64,000 nucleotides of DNA from Macrostomum lignano (Eukaryota), in assembly GCA_002269645.1 (NCBI GenBank), contig NIVC01000616.1, forward strand, positions 372,001 through 436,000. The letters run 5' to 3'. Of this stretch, positions 34,951-45,016 are shown piece by piece. The notes beneath the pieces are model-generated. The model did not search any database and was not told the origin of the DNA. It saw only the letters and a program-made list of their open reading frames with translations. The translations under genes and the position numbers were made by a program. Within the stretch, counting starts at the first letter, position 1. Every line of letters starts with the position of its first letter.

Positions 34951-36352
34951 TCTTTCTTTCTTTCTTTCTACCCGGCTCGCCGTTAGCACTGCGGTGCTAA
35001 GATAGGCGGGGGCCAGCGCCCCATGCTGCGAAGGAATGTGAAAATGCGACCGTGTCGGTACTCCAGCGGGTCGTCGCTGCCGAAAAAACGGAGGCGGGCG
35101 GCGTCCCCGCGAGGGCAGTGGTAGATGAGGTGCTCAACGGTATCAGAAGCGCCGCAATCGGGGCAGGCGTCAGCTTCCTGGAGGCCGATGCGGGCGCGAG
35201 TGGCGGCGCAGAGCGTGCTGACGCCAGCTCGGAGCTGATTCATGGCGACGAGCTCCGCCCTGCTGCGGCCTGGGTCGGTCGGATGAAGAGGGGGGCCCAG
35301 GACCTGGGCGTCCAGGGCGCGACGGTCGCGGCGGATGGCGGCGCGCGCTGTCTGGAGGCTGATGGCGGCCGTATCTTTTGGTAGCATGGCAGCTTCGGCG
35401 GCGGCGGTGTCAGCTGCGTCGTTGCCGGCTATTCCCGCATGGCCTGGCACCCAAATGAAGGTAACGGAGGCGCTGCTGTTGGCCAGGAGGTGCCAGCAGG
35501 CGTCGCCGGTGGCGGTGGTTTGCCAGAGCGGGCCGCTTTCGAGGGCCGTCAGAGCGCTCAGGCTGTCGGTGGCAACCGCGACCGAGCGGGGCGGTGCAGG
35601 TTGGTCCGCGAGGAAGTGTTCCAGCGCTGCATGGATGCCAACCAGCTCAGCCTGGAAGCTGCTGCAGAGCCTGCCGGCCGGCCTGCGGATGACGGTGGTG
35701 GTGTCACCGGCATAGATCACAGCCGCTACGCCGCCGTTCTCGGTTCCGCCGGCGGCCGACCCATCGGTCCAGGCGATGGCGTCATAGTCGGCAACTCTGG
35801 CGAGGCCGGCGGCCGCGGCTTCGGCCCTGGCCGCAGCATGGGCGGAACGGTGAACGCGTGTCGCGGCGAGGTCGAAGATCGTAGGGCCCCCGTCGTGGGG
35901 TCTCCAGGGGGCGGGTCTGGGCAGGTTTTCCCTGCCAAAGCGCTGCAGGGTGGTGCAGATGGGCAGCTCGGCGGCGGCGCGGCGCCAGCACCCTCGGAAC
36001 TCGCGAGAGCGGTCGAGGTCGCGGCGGTCGTCAAGGGCCTCGCCTCCCGCTAGGGCCGGGTCGAACCTTCGATTCTTAAGCCGTGGTCGTGTTGGCCGCA
36101 TTGCCGTGGTGAAGGCCGGGCAGTCCGACGGCAGCCTGGTGATGCGCTCGAAAAGGGATGCGGCTCGCTCGATGGCGAAATTGCCCACGGGCGGCAGGTT
36201 CGCCAGCCGGAGTGTCCGGTGGTTGGGGGTGGTGCTACAGCAGCCGGTGATGAGGCGCGCGCAGATGGTTTGCTGTTGTTCAATGGTACGCCTGGTGCTC
36301 GGCGCCGCACAGGTTAGCCAAATGGCGCCACCGTAATCAGCGCACCCCCGGA
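34951..36352 (-). mobile_element. 5'-truncated LINE (LINE-B) with open C-terminal ORF, RNase H, CCHC knuckle and (GAAA)n tail
   Basis: ICARLITG; RNase H AWTDGS, SSFQAELVGI, ATDSLSAL, WVPGHAGIAGNDAAD; CPDC..TVEHLIYHCP. Tail at about 34952..34969. Confidence 0.9.
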
Positions 36353-36376
36353 GCTTTTGGTGAGTGGTGAGTGGCT

Positions 36377-37408
36377 ATGAGGTTGTAATCGCTCTGCTGC
36401 TGCTGCTGCTGCTGGCTGCAGTGCTGCATCATGTGACTGAATCCGCCGCCAACTCCGGGCAGCTGTGGCAGTCGAGCCGCGAGAGCCTCTCCGACTACGA
36501 GGCCGTGAGGTCGCTGCCATCCCAAAGCGAGTCCTCGTGCGCGGTGCGTGCCAACATCGACACCGCTGTGCACCTGATGCCGTTCAACGCCAGCTCCGGC
36601 CTGTGCGCTCACTTCAGGTGTCGCCTGGGCCTGAGCCACTGCAGGAAGTGCCGCAATGCGAACAAGGGATTTCAGCGAGTGCGGGTGAGTTCCTCAGTTA
36701 GATATGTCAGCGTTAATGCAAAGTAGAAAAACTGGCACACCTGTTGTGTCACCTTGCAGACAGCCGGCAGTGACTGCTGGACCACCGTGCAGCACAGGGT
36801 GTCCGGCTCAGTGGACTTTTACCGCAACTGGACTCAGTACCAGAGCGAGTTCGGCGAGGGACCCGACGGAAACTACTGGATCGGTGAGGACCAAAAAGTT
36901 GTGACCTATTAGAGCTATTGTACAGACTAAAATATCTGCATGTTCAAATGCTCAATGCTAATGGCTTGGCAATTGCTATTTCAGGTCTGAACGCTCTTCA
37001 CGAAATCACGCAGCATGGAAGTCACAAGGTGCGGTTTCTCATGAAAGCCTGGAACGGGTCTGAGCACTGGGCTGAATACTCCAGCTTCTCCGTGGGTCCC
37101 GAGTCCGACAACTACCGGCTGAGCGTTTCCGGCTTCTCCGGCAGCGCCGGCATCGGCGACTGCTTTTCTGCTCTAAACGGGCAGCAGTTCACCACAAAGG
37201 ACGCCGATCACGACACTCACTCTGGTAACTGCGCAGTGATTTATCACGGAGCCTGGTGGTTCACCGCCTGCCACTGCACGCACCCGAATGGGGAGTACAG
37301 AGATGCCTCTAAGGCCACTGGAGATCCCTATGCTCAGGGTGTCATTTGGAGCTTGTACTTCGGCTACTACTATACTCACTGAAGGAGTTCGAGATGCTGG
37401 TTTTGTAA
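36377..37408 (+). pseudogene. FReD-B, probable pseudogene paralog of FReD-A; exons ~36377..36684, 36760..36883, 36985..37408
   Basis: Exons 2-3 are nearly identical to FReD-A. ATG AGG TTG TAA is out of frame with the signal peptide, a second frameshift (TACTACTATACTCAC) removes the terminal strand, and LINE-B abuts the start. Confidence 0.7.
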
Positions 37409-37647
37409 CAAGACGCTGGAATAACTATTGATTAATTGTCAAACTGCAATATTTAGATACTTAAGGGCATCCAAGATAGCGGAATGAATTGATTTACACT
37501 ACCAGAGTCCAAATCTATCTCTTTGGAAAGATTTTTCTAAACAAATTCCAACAAACTGAAAAACACTAATCTTGATGAAAATACAAAGGTGACAAAAATA
37601 TCATCAAATACTGTGAGCAAATGCAGTAATCGTTCTGCTCAATTCTT

Positions 37648-37905
37648 TATTGATGTGCAATCGACAGCTCAACCGCAGCTATTGCGCGGCGAATCTCGTA
37701 TGCCTGTTCAGTCCAAGGACTGAGGGTCGCCACTCCCCTCAAATAACATGTCAATACTGGCACCCATTTTACAGCTGCGTGAGCTGAAGCAATGCAGAGT
37801 TAAGTGTCTTGCTCAAGGACACAAGTTCTTTAAGTGGGATCGGGAATCGAGCCCCCGACATTCAAGTCTTGAGTCCGACGCTTTAACCACTAGGCTACAA
37901 CCCCC
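37648..37905 (-). mobile_element. CORE-type SINE (duplicate of the 26170 copy)
   Basis: Nearly identical to 26170..26432, in the same flanking context. Confidence 0.8.
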
Positions 37906-38230
37906 ACTAGGCTACAACCCCACTAGGCTACAACCCCCATTAGGCTACAACCCCTCACTAGGCTACAACCCCTCACTAGGCTACAACCCCCACTGGGCTA
38001 CAACCCCCACTAGTCTACAACCCCCACTGGGCTACAACCCCCACTAGGCTACAACCCCCACTGGGCTACAACCCCCACTAGGCTACAACCCACACTAGGC
38101 TACAACCCCCACTGGGCTACAACCCCCACTAGGCTACAACCCCCACTAGGCTACAACCCCCACTAGGCTACAACCCCCACTAGGCTACAACCCCCTACTA
38201 GTCTACAACTCCGCACTAGGCTACAACCTA
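37888..38230. repeat. SINE-head-derived 16-17-bp minisatellite, about 20 copies
   Basis: Same unit as 26416..27180. Confidence 0.9.
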
Positions 38231-38355
38231 TAGTTTATGCTCAGGTTTGCTACTATAAGTAGTACAACCAGAAGTGTCTGCAACAATGTGCCTTTAGTTG
38301 TGGTGAGTATAAAGCAGGTAGCTGAGCAGCCTTCGCCAACAGCAAAAGGTACCAA

Positions 38356-38645
38356 ATGTCCCGCAAGAACTCTGCTATCATTGCCCGTACAGTCGCCGGT
38401 GCGGTGCGGTCACTCAGTTCGCCTGCTTCGGCTGCTCCAAAAAGATCAGCAGCAGGGAGATGTCGCACAAGTTTTGCAGCAGCTTCTGCTCTCAGAGGGG
38501 CTCGCCATGCTTCGGCGTGCAGTACAGGTCTGATTGCTTCTGCGGCTCTTCCTGTGGGCGAAAGCCGATGAGGCGCCTGCACTGGCAACTCTGCGCAGAG
38601 GCGCGCTGCCTGGCGGAACTCCGTGTTTGCTTTAGTCTAGGGTCG
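38356..38645 (+). pseudogene. WSC-B pseudogene (decayed copy of WSC-A exon 1)
   Basis: Aligns to 27440..27800 with several deletions and frameshifts; no PAN exon found downstream. Confidence 0.8.
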
Positions 38646-39387
38646 TGAGTTCGATTTCACTTTCTGCATTTTTGACTGTATTTTTCATAACCGTTCGGAT
38701 TTGGTCCCGTGACGACTCCTTGGGGGTTGCGAATCGAAGTCAATGAAAGGGTCATTGTTTTTGGAATCACTTCGGAAGCCTTCCAGGCCGTCAAGATATT
38801 CAACTACAGCTGTAGCTCGTATTCTCCGAGGTGGACTGTTTCCATAGGCGTTCTTTTTGACATCTACAAAGGTACAGAACTGTTTAAGGTTTTGAGTAAA
38901 AGTGAGCAGCAGTTCAGATCGAGCGGGCGTCAAAGGTCAATTAAAGTACTGTGTGAAATTACATATATTGTTATTATAAGATTATTGACATATCGTATTG
39001 TTAGGCGTATTATGAATTACACTCGGCTTCTAAGTTGCTTTTCGTGTTTTGGCCATAGACATCCAAGGTGTAAAAGATCCGGCTTCATTGGAGGCAAGGA
39101 GTTCTACAATTAGCTATCTGGAGCGGAAGCGAGTTTTACCTCATTAGGCCACGCCAATTGTAAAGAAAAAGGAGCCAGCACTGAATGTCTATGGCTCTGT
39201 CTGACTCTGTCTATGCTAGTCTGGCTTCATGAGGTAAAATTGAAAAACTCGTTTCCACTCCAGATTGCTAATTATAGAACTTCTTGATTGAAGGACTTAA
39301 AAATCACCTCAACAATGATATAATAGTAGTGGATTCCGTCCTGCATAGCGCACTAATCATTCTATTACTAAGCAATGCCAAGGTGAT

Positions 39388-39885
39388 ATGCAGCAGCAGC
39401 AGCAGCAGGACGGCGTCAGGCGCCCCTGGGGCATGCTGGAGCCGCGCAATCTCTGTCCTCGAATATTCCCCGACTTTGTGTTCGAGCTCTACGACTCCGT
39501 GTACCGAATCGGCAGCGACCGCGAGAACGACCTCATGTTGGTTGAGGACACGCGGGTGTGCCGCTACCACGGCTTCATCTTCCTGCACCGGGACGACTCC
39601 GGGACCACCATGTGGTACTACGATCACAGCATCTCGGGCACCCTGGTGAACTCGTACAGGGTGCACAGCAGGTGGTACAACTTGTTGTACGGCGACTACA
39701 TCCACATCGGCTGGACGGCTGGCGAGGACTCCTCAAAGTACACCACTCTGAGGATTTTCGGGCCCTACCCGCTGCCGCAGCATCCCAGAGCGGTGCGACT
39801 GCGCCAGCCTAACATCGACATCCAGATGTCGCCGCCGCTGTTTGCGCTGTACATGAAGGAGCTGGAGAATGAGAATAGAAAGTGA
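39388..39885 (+). CDS. Intronless stand-alone FHA-domain protein with degenerate phosphothreonine site
   Basis: YRIGSDRENDLML.D.RVCRYH...DHSISGTLVN...LLYGDYIHIG follows FHA spacing; GC-rich coding-like sequence. Confidence 0.75.
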   Translation: MQQQQQQDGVRRPWGMLEPRNLCPRIFPDFVFELYDSVYRIGSDRENDLMLVEDTRVCRYHGFIFLHRDDSGTTMWYYDHSISGTLVNSYRVHSRWYNLLYGDYIHIGWTAGEDSSKYTTLRIFGPYPLPQHPRAVRLRQPNIDIQMSPPLFALYMKELENENRK

Positions 39886-40779
39886 TGGCCCGCCTGCGGC
39901 CCCAGCTTCATTTACTAAACATAGTTGCTTTGGTCTCGTTTGATAAAAAGCTCTCTGCACATGACTTTTAAGCCATAAAATCTACTCAGCAACTCAGTTG
40001 CCTGTTGCTGTGACTTCAGCTGTAGTTTCCAGGCAGTATGGAATTTGCTGAAGTGTGCTTGCAGTCTGACGGGCTCAGAAATATTAAGGTTTAATGCTGA
40101 TAATATATGCCCCAGCAAGCTCGTTTCTGGAGATGGCATTCGATGAGTGATCATCTGAGAAGATAATTGCGACGTCCTAAGACAGATGAAAACATTAAGC
40201 AGGTTCCAGATTTTCTAATTAAATTACCCTAAAAGAACTTGGAAGACAAACTGGAACCATGCAGACATGCAGCCGGACTGTGGATCTCTGTGGATACTTA
40301 TGGATCTCTGATTTGTTGTTAATTTAATTATTTTTGTTGGATCAGGTTTTAATAGGCCTTCGATGCTCTGAGAGTCGCGCTGATGCTGCATTGCTACATG
40401 TATTTTCCACTGTTCTCTCACTGACTAAACAATATTGGACACAAAATTACTAACAGAATTCTGAAATTTACTATCAATGATTTTCAGAGAAGAAAAAACT
40501 TTTCTTCCTGTGCCCACGAGCTTCCAACGCCTGATGCAGTCAGTCAGAAACTGCGTGTGAGTTTGGCTGGAGTCGCGCTTGAAGGCACGCGAACACCAAG
40601 GTTTAAGCAAACGCTTTTTTAGCAGTCAGTTTGGGTTCACAATGCATAGCGAATGTCACGAAATGTCGTTGGAAAAAAAACGCAAAAAGTTTTATTTAAA
40701 AGCGCTGCATAGCTCGCAGCTGGAAATCGAAGACTGGAAGCAGCTCGACAGACTGCATCAGATTTTGCATTCATAAAGC

Positions 40780-41728
40780 ATGCCGATTTCCTTTCCGGTT
40801 TGTGTGCTCGCGCTCTGTGGCTCAGTGTCTCTGCTGGTTGCCTCTGCTGAAGTGCTCACCAAGTCTGATCGATTCGATCGAGTCAACAAGAGCAGCGCCA
40901 TCGCTCCGCCGGAGTTTCTCGTGCAGCCCAGACCGAACAAGATCAGCTGTGGTTTCCTGTGCAGCCGCAGGCCGGGCTGCTTCGGCTTCTACTGGCTGCT
41001 CGGAGCGTGTCGGCTGTTCGACCTGCAGGCGTTCCTCAATGCCAGCGCCTGGGTCAGCACCGGCTCGTGCGATGTCTACGTGCTGGGTAAATTTAGACGA
41101 GATGTTGCAACTCTGACATTTATTGCTTATCTTCACAAATTCCTCTGCATTTATCTGTTCTCACAGCTTTCATAATTTCAGACATCAAAAAGCTGAAGTT
41201 TTTGAACTGCAGCCAGAGCTCCAACTACTATGCGGACAGGTATCTTTGCGACCGAGCATTCGATGGCGACGCCAGATCCAGCAGCTCGAATGACATGTGC
41301 ACCCACACAAAGTCCAGTGCTAACGAGTGGTGGGAGGCCGGCCTGGCTGTTCCATCGTTTGTGTCCTTCGTCACCATCCACAACAGGCAGGACTGCTGCG
41401 CTGAGAGGCTCAACAAGTTCGACCTGCTTGTTGACGGGTCCGTGTGCAACCAGGTGAGGCTCTTGACTTAGCTGCAGGGGGCGTCCGGCGGATGCAGCGA
41501 GGAGGCGGAGGAGACCGCCCATTCCGCTAGCCCCTGGCGACCAACGACTTCCGTTGAAGTGGTGTCGCTCAGGGGGACCCGTCGGTCTCGCAGGTGAGGC
41601 TCAGCGCTCCGTTCTCCGTGGCCAACTTCACCTGCGGCGCTTTCGGCTCTCGGGTTCGAGTTGTGGCTCGCAGCGACCCGCCACAGGCTCTGACAATCTG
41701 CGAGTTCATCGCGTTTGGGTTCTACTGA
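40780..41728 (+). CDS. Secreted PAN/Apple + F-type lectin, FTL3; exons 40780..41086, 41182..41453, 41594..41728 if the new 140-nt intron is spliced
   Basis: Paralog of FTL1 with long near-identical stretches. CTHT..HNRQDCCAERL intact. Interrupted by the insertion at 41463..41590. Confidence 0.75.
41463..41590. mobile_element. 128-bp insertion with 12-bp target-site duplication (possibly a short 5'-truncated retroelement in reverse orientation)
   Basis: CAGGTGAGGCTC at 41451..41462 and 41591..41602; FTL1 has a single copy and no insert at the equivalent site (near 21893). Confidence 0.85.
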
Positions 41729-43695
41729 AGACGGGACTTTACTCAAGCTGAAGTGCCTGAGACTCGACCGGAGTTCTCTGCACACTGGTTGTTAATTTTA
41801 CATTTCAGCAGACCGTTTCCGACATCATGGCAAAGTAAAATTGTATTGTTAAGGTAGATGCGACAGCAGATTTATGAAAGAACCTGTCTACCCAAGCAAC
41901 CTTTTTCCCGTCTTCAGTTGCTACTTGTTATTTACTGAATAACATGTCTTAAGCAGGTGAGTTGATAATAAATTCAAAAGGAAATCAATTGTGCCTGGAA
42001 ATTCGAGGGTCAGGTTATTTCTTAGAGTCGAAACATAAGCCATTAGAAAGGTCTCTCAGTTTTTGCGATTCAGTTCAGTTCTAGTCTCAGTTCTAGAATC
42101 GAATGCAACCCACTCCATCGAATTGCCGTTGCCAAGAATTGTTGGAAAAACAAGTTGAGTGCTATTTGGGCATGTAGTAAAATAACAAAAAACTGAATAA
42201 AACACAGACTTCGAGGCCTGATAGTAGTTAGGCAAGTTCTTTTGAAGCTTATTTTCATTTTTGACATTGAATTACACCCAGTTTTATGTGCAGGACAAAA
42301 ACTTTGTAATTGTCCTTGGGTACTCATTTGAACTATTTTGACATCTTGAAGTTTTCTGGCACATAGATAACTCAGACCTGCATTGATGTGAGAAAACAGA
42401 TTAAGAATGTCTAAAATTTGATTTTGGGTGAAGAAATCGCGCATGTTTACTACCAACACAGTTATGTAGGGTTATAGCTACTCACTCAAAAAAGTTTACT
42501 CAGTGTTACCCATGTAACAAAGTTGACAAAGTCCCGCCCCTTTTTAGGACTTCCGTTAGAAAGCGCTAAAACGCTATTAAACAAAACTTTTTTTACGAAC
42601 TGGTGGCTTGGCAAACTTGGCTGCGCATTCAGCAGCTGACGGCATTGGTGCAACGTTACAGTAAAGCTTAAGCCGAATAAAAAATAGACAGACAGAGAAC
42701 ATGAGCTCTAGCGGAGAATGTGAGGCTCGTCGCAATGCCAATATTTTTTCCTGGGCTCAACCTCACACCCCACCCGCAGCCACCGTTCTGAGATGCGCCT
42801 GCAGCACCTGCACTTGTGTGCGATGCATTTTCAGGTGGTGAGGAGGGCGTCTTCCGCCGCAGACTGCCTTCTCCCTCTCTCTCCTGTCTCTTCTGCACTC
42901 CTCTCTGTGAGCCGTTCAAACAGATCAACTCAGCCACTTCAAATTCACCCTCCTCCCTTCAATATTTTTTCATTCTCTTAGCTCATAGATAGCTCAGTCC
43001 CAGCCAGCTCAGGCGCCAGACCGGTTCTGGCGAGCGGTGCCGCAGTCTCTATCCAGTGCGCTTGTTGGCTGGGAGGGCGGAGATGAAGGGAGGAGAGGCT
43101 GTGAGCTGGATGAAGAGAGCGAGCGAGAGAGAGATACTCCTGCAGCGGTGTATGAAGTAGAAACTGACACTGCCACTATACCGTTGCTGAGTTTGAGCAG
43201 TTGCTTCAGGAACGAGAGAGACAGAGAGACAGGGGGTGGAGAGGACACAGGCTGTCTGCTCAGTGACAATGCGGCGAGAAATGTAGAGACAGACTAAAAC
43301 AGTCTACGACCACCCAAACCACTGAAAGATTTATGCCAGCCGCTCCCTCAGAACTGCTCTCTAAAAACTCTTAAACATACTCAGTTTATTCTCATTCAAG
43401 CACTGACTCTCCCTCTTCCCCTCCTCCCTCTTCCCACTCAGCATCCCGCTGTCGCAAGCGCCATCGACCCGCGCCCAGACAGAGGCCCTCCTGAGCTGGT
43501 TTTGAGCGGCTGAAAAGGAAGCGCAGCCGGTAAAAAGAGAATTGAATAAAGGGGAGGAAAGGCGCAAACCGGGGGAACTTTCCAATCAGCTCATCCCACC
43601 TGTTGTCATAGCTGCATCAGCATCGAGACTGCACATTTTTCCGGTAAAAGTAAATTCTTCTGCAACGGGAAAAAAGAGAAGCCGCTGTAGCCGCC

Positions 43696-44451
43696 ATGAG
43701 CCAGCTGGAAGCGCTGCCTACTGAGAGGCGCCAGCACCAGCCAAGAGTACTGCCGCCAGCGCCCCTGAACGACTGGGACCGGTACAAGCCCACCGACCGC
43801 AGCGCGTGGTGGCGGGACCAGCTCAACCGCTACCCGGCAGTCGGCCAGTACGAGCCGCGCGAGGTCAGCTCCATACAGCGAGTCAACTATCCTTCGTCTA
43901 CCTTCAAGAGCTCCGGCCGGCAGCGCAACCTTGAAGCGGCAACGGGCCTGGGCGGCGGTGGAGGCAGCGGAGTGCCGCCTGGAGCCTACAGCCACCGCAG
44001 CTTCACTGACGAGATGAGCAAAGACATTCGCAGCTACGGTTTCCGCAACTCGAAGAAATCCTCGCTGGACGCACTGACCGAAGGTCTGGTAGATCGACAG
44101 CTGTCGAACCTGACACCCGGGCAGTACAACGTGGAGACCTACCACAGCATCCGCGTCGACCCCGAGCCAGCCAGAGGCTCCTGCTTCAAGTCGCGATCCC
44201 GTCGCGTCATCAAGGAGTTCGAGCCGCGCGAAGGACCGCCTCCAGGTGCGTACGATTCGAGTCGGAGCACGCTGAGCCAGCAGGGCGTGCGCTCATCGTT
44301 CCGTTCCAGCTGCCCACGGTTTGTCTCATCCTACAACAAGGTCCCGGCGCCGGGCTCCTACGACAAGTCCTACCAGACTCCTATGTCGGCTGGAATGATG
44401 CGGATGGGCCGACAGCATGGACTGTTCTTCAGCACCGCCTTCTACCCCTGA
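43696..44451 (+). CDS. STPG4: Sperm-tail PG-rich repeat protein, STPG4-like, intronless
   Basis: PGxY repeats (PAVGQY, TPGQYNV, EGPPPGAYD, PAPGSYD), N-terminal AWWR and C-terminal RMGRQHGLFF are colinear with my recollection of vertebrate STPG4 (GWWR...SPGQYNV...EGPGPG...KMGQEHSLFF). Confidence 0.75.
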   Translation: MSQLEALPTERRQHQPRVLPPAPLNDWDRYKPTDRSAWWRDQLNRYPAVGQYEPREVSSIQRVNYPSSTFKSSGRQRNLEAATGLGGGGGSGVPPGAYSHRSFTDEMSKDIRSYGFRNSKKSSLDALTEGLVDRQLSNLTPGQYNVETYHSIRVDPEPARGSCFKSRSRRVIKEFEPREGPPPGAYDSSRSTLSQQGVRSSFRSSCPRFVSSYNKVPAPGSYDKSYQTPMSAGMMRMGRQHGLFFSTAFYP

Positions 44452-44534
44452 TCCAGATTGCCGCCTGCCTACCTGACGTCTTAGGAGCTGTGATCTGATG
44501 CGATTCTTGTATAACTGCTTCTGCTTTCCTTTCC

Positions 44535-45016
44535 CTTTGAAGAGACAGCCCATTCCTTTGATAAGCGCCGACATCTCATCCTTTTGAGTTGTTCCTTTGA
44601 TGAGCCGACATCCTGTTCCCTTAAGCTGTTCGATCCTTTGATGAGCCGACATCCCGTTCCCTTAAGTTGTTCCTTTGATGAGCCGACATCCCGTTCCCTT
44701 AAGTTGTTCGATCCTTTGATGAGCCGACACCCCGTTCCCTTAAGTTGTTCGATCCTTTGATGAGCCGCCATCCCGTTCCCTTAAGTTGTTCGATCCTTTG
44801 ATGAGCCGACATCCCGTTCCCTTAAGTTGTTCGATCCTTTGATGAGCCGCCATCCCGTTCCCTTAAGTTGTTCGATCCTTTGATGAGCCGCCATCCCGTT
44901 CCCTTAAGTTGTTCGATCCTTTGATGAGCCGACATCCCGTTCCCTTAAGCTGTTCGATCCTTTGATGAGCCGACATCCCGTCCCTTTGAGTTGTTCCTTT
45001 GATGAGCCACCATCCC
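44535..45016. repeat. 41-bp minisatellite (CTTTGATGAGCCGACATCCCGTTCCCTTAAGTTGTTCGATC), about 11 copies
   Basis: Direct reading; unrelated to the 41-bp repeat at 2070. Confidence 0.9.

Noticed and set aside
39915-40760. Short minus-strand ORFs between the FHA gene and FTL3 (similarly 29088..29756)
   Set aside because: No recognisable motifs and no phase-consistent exon chain could be built.
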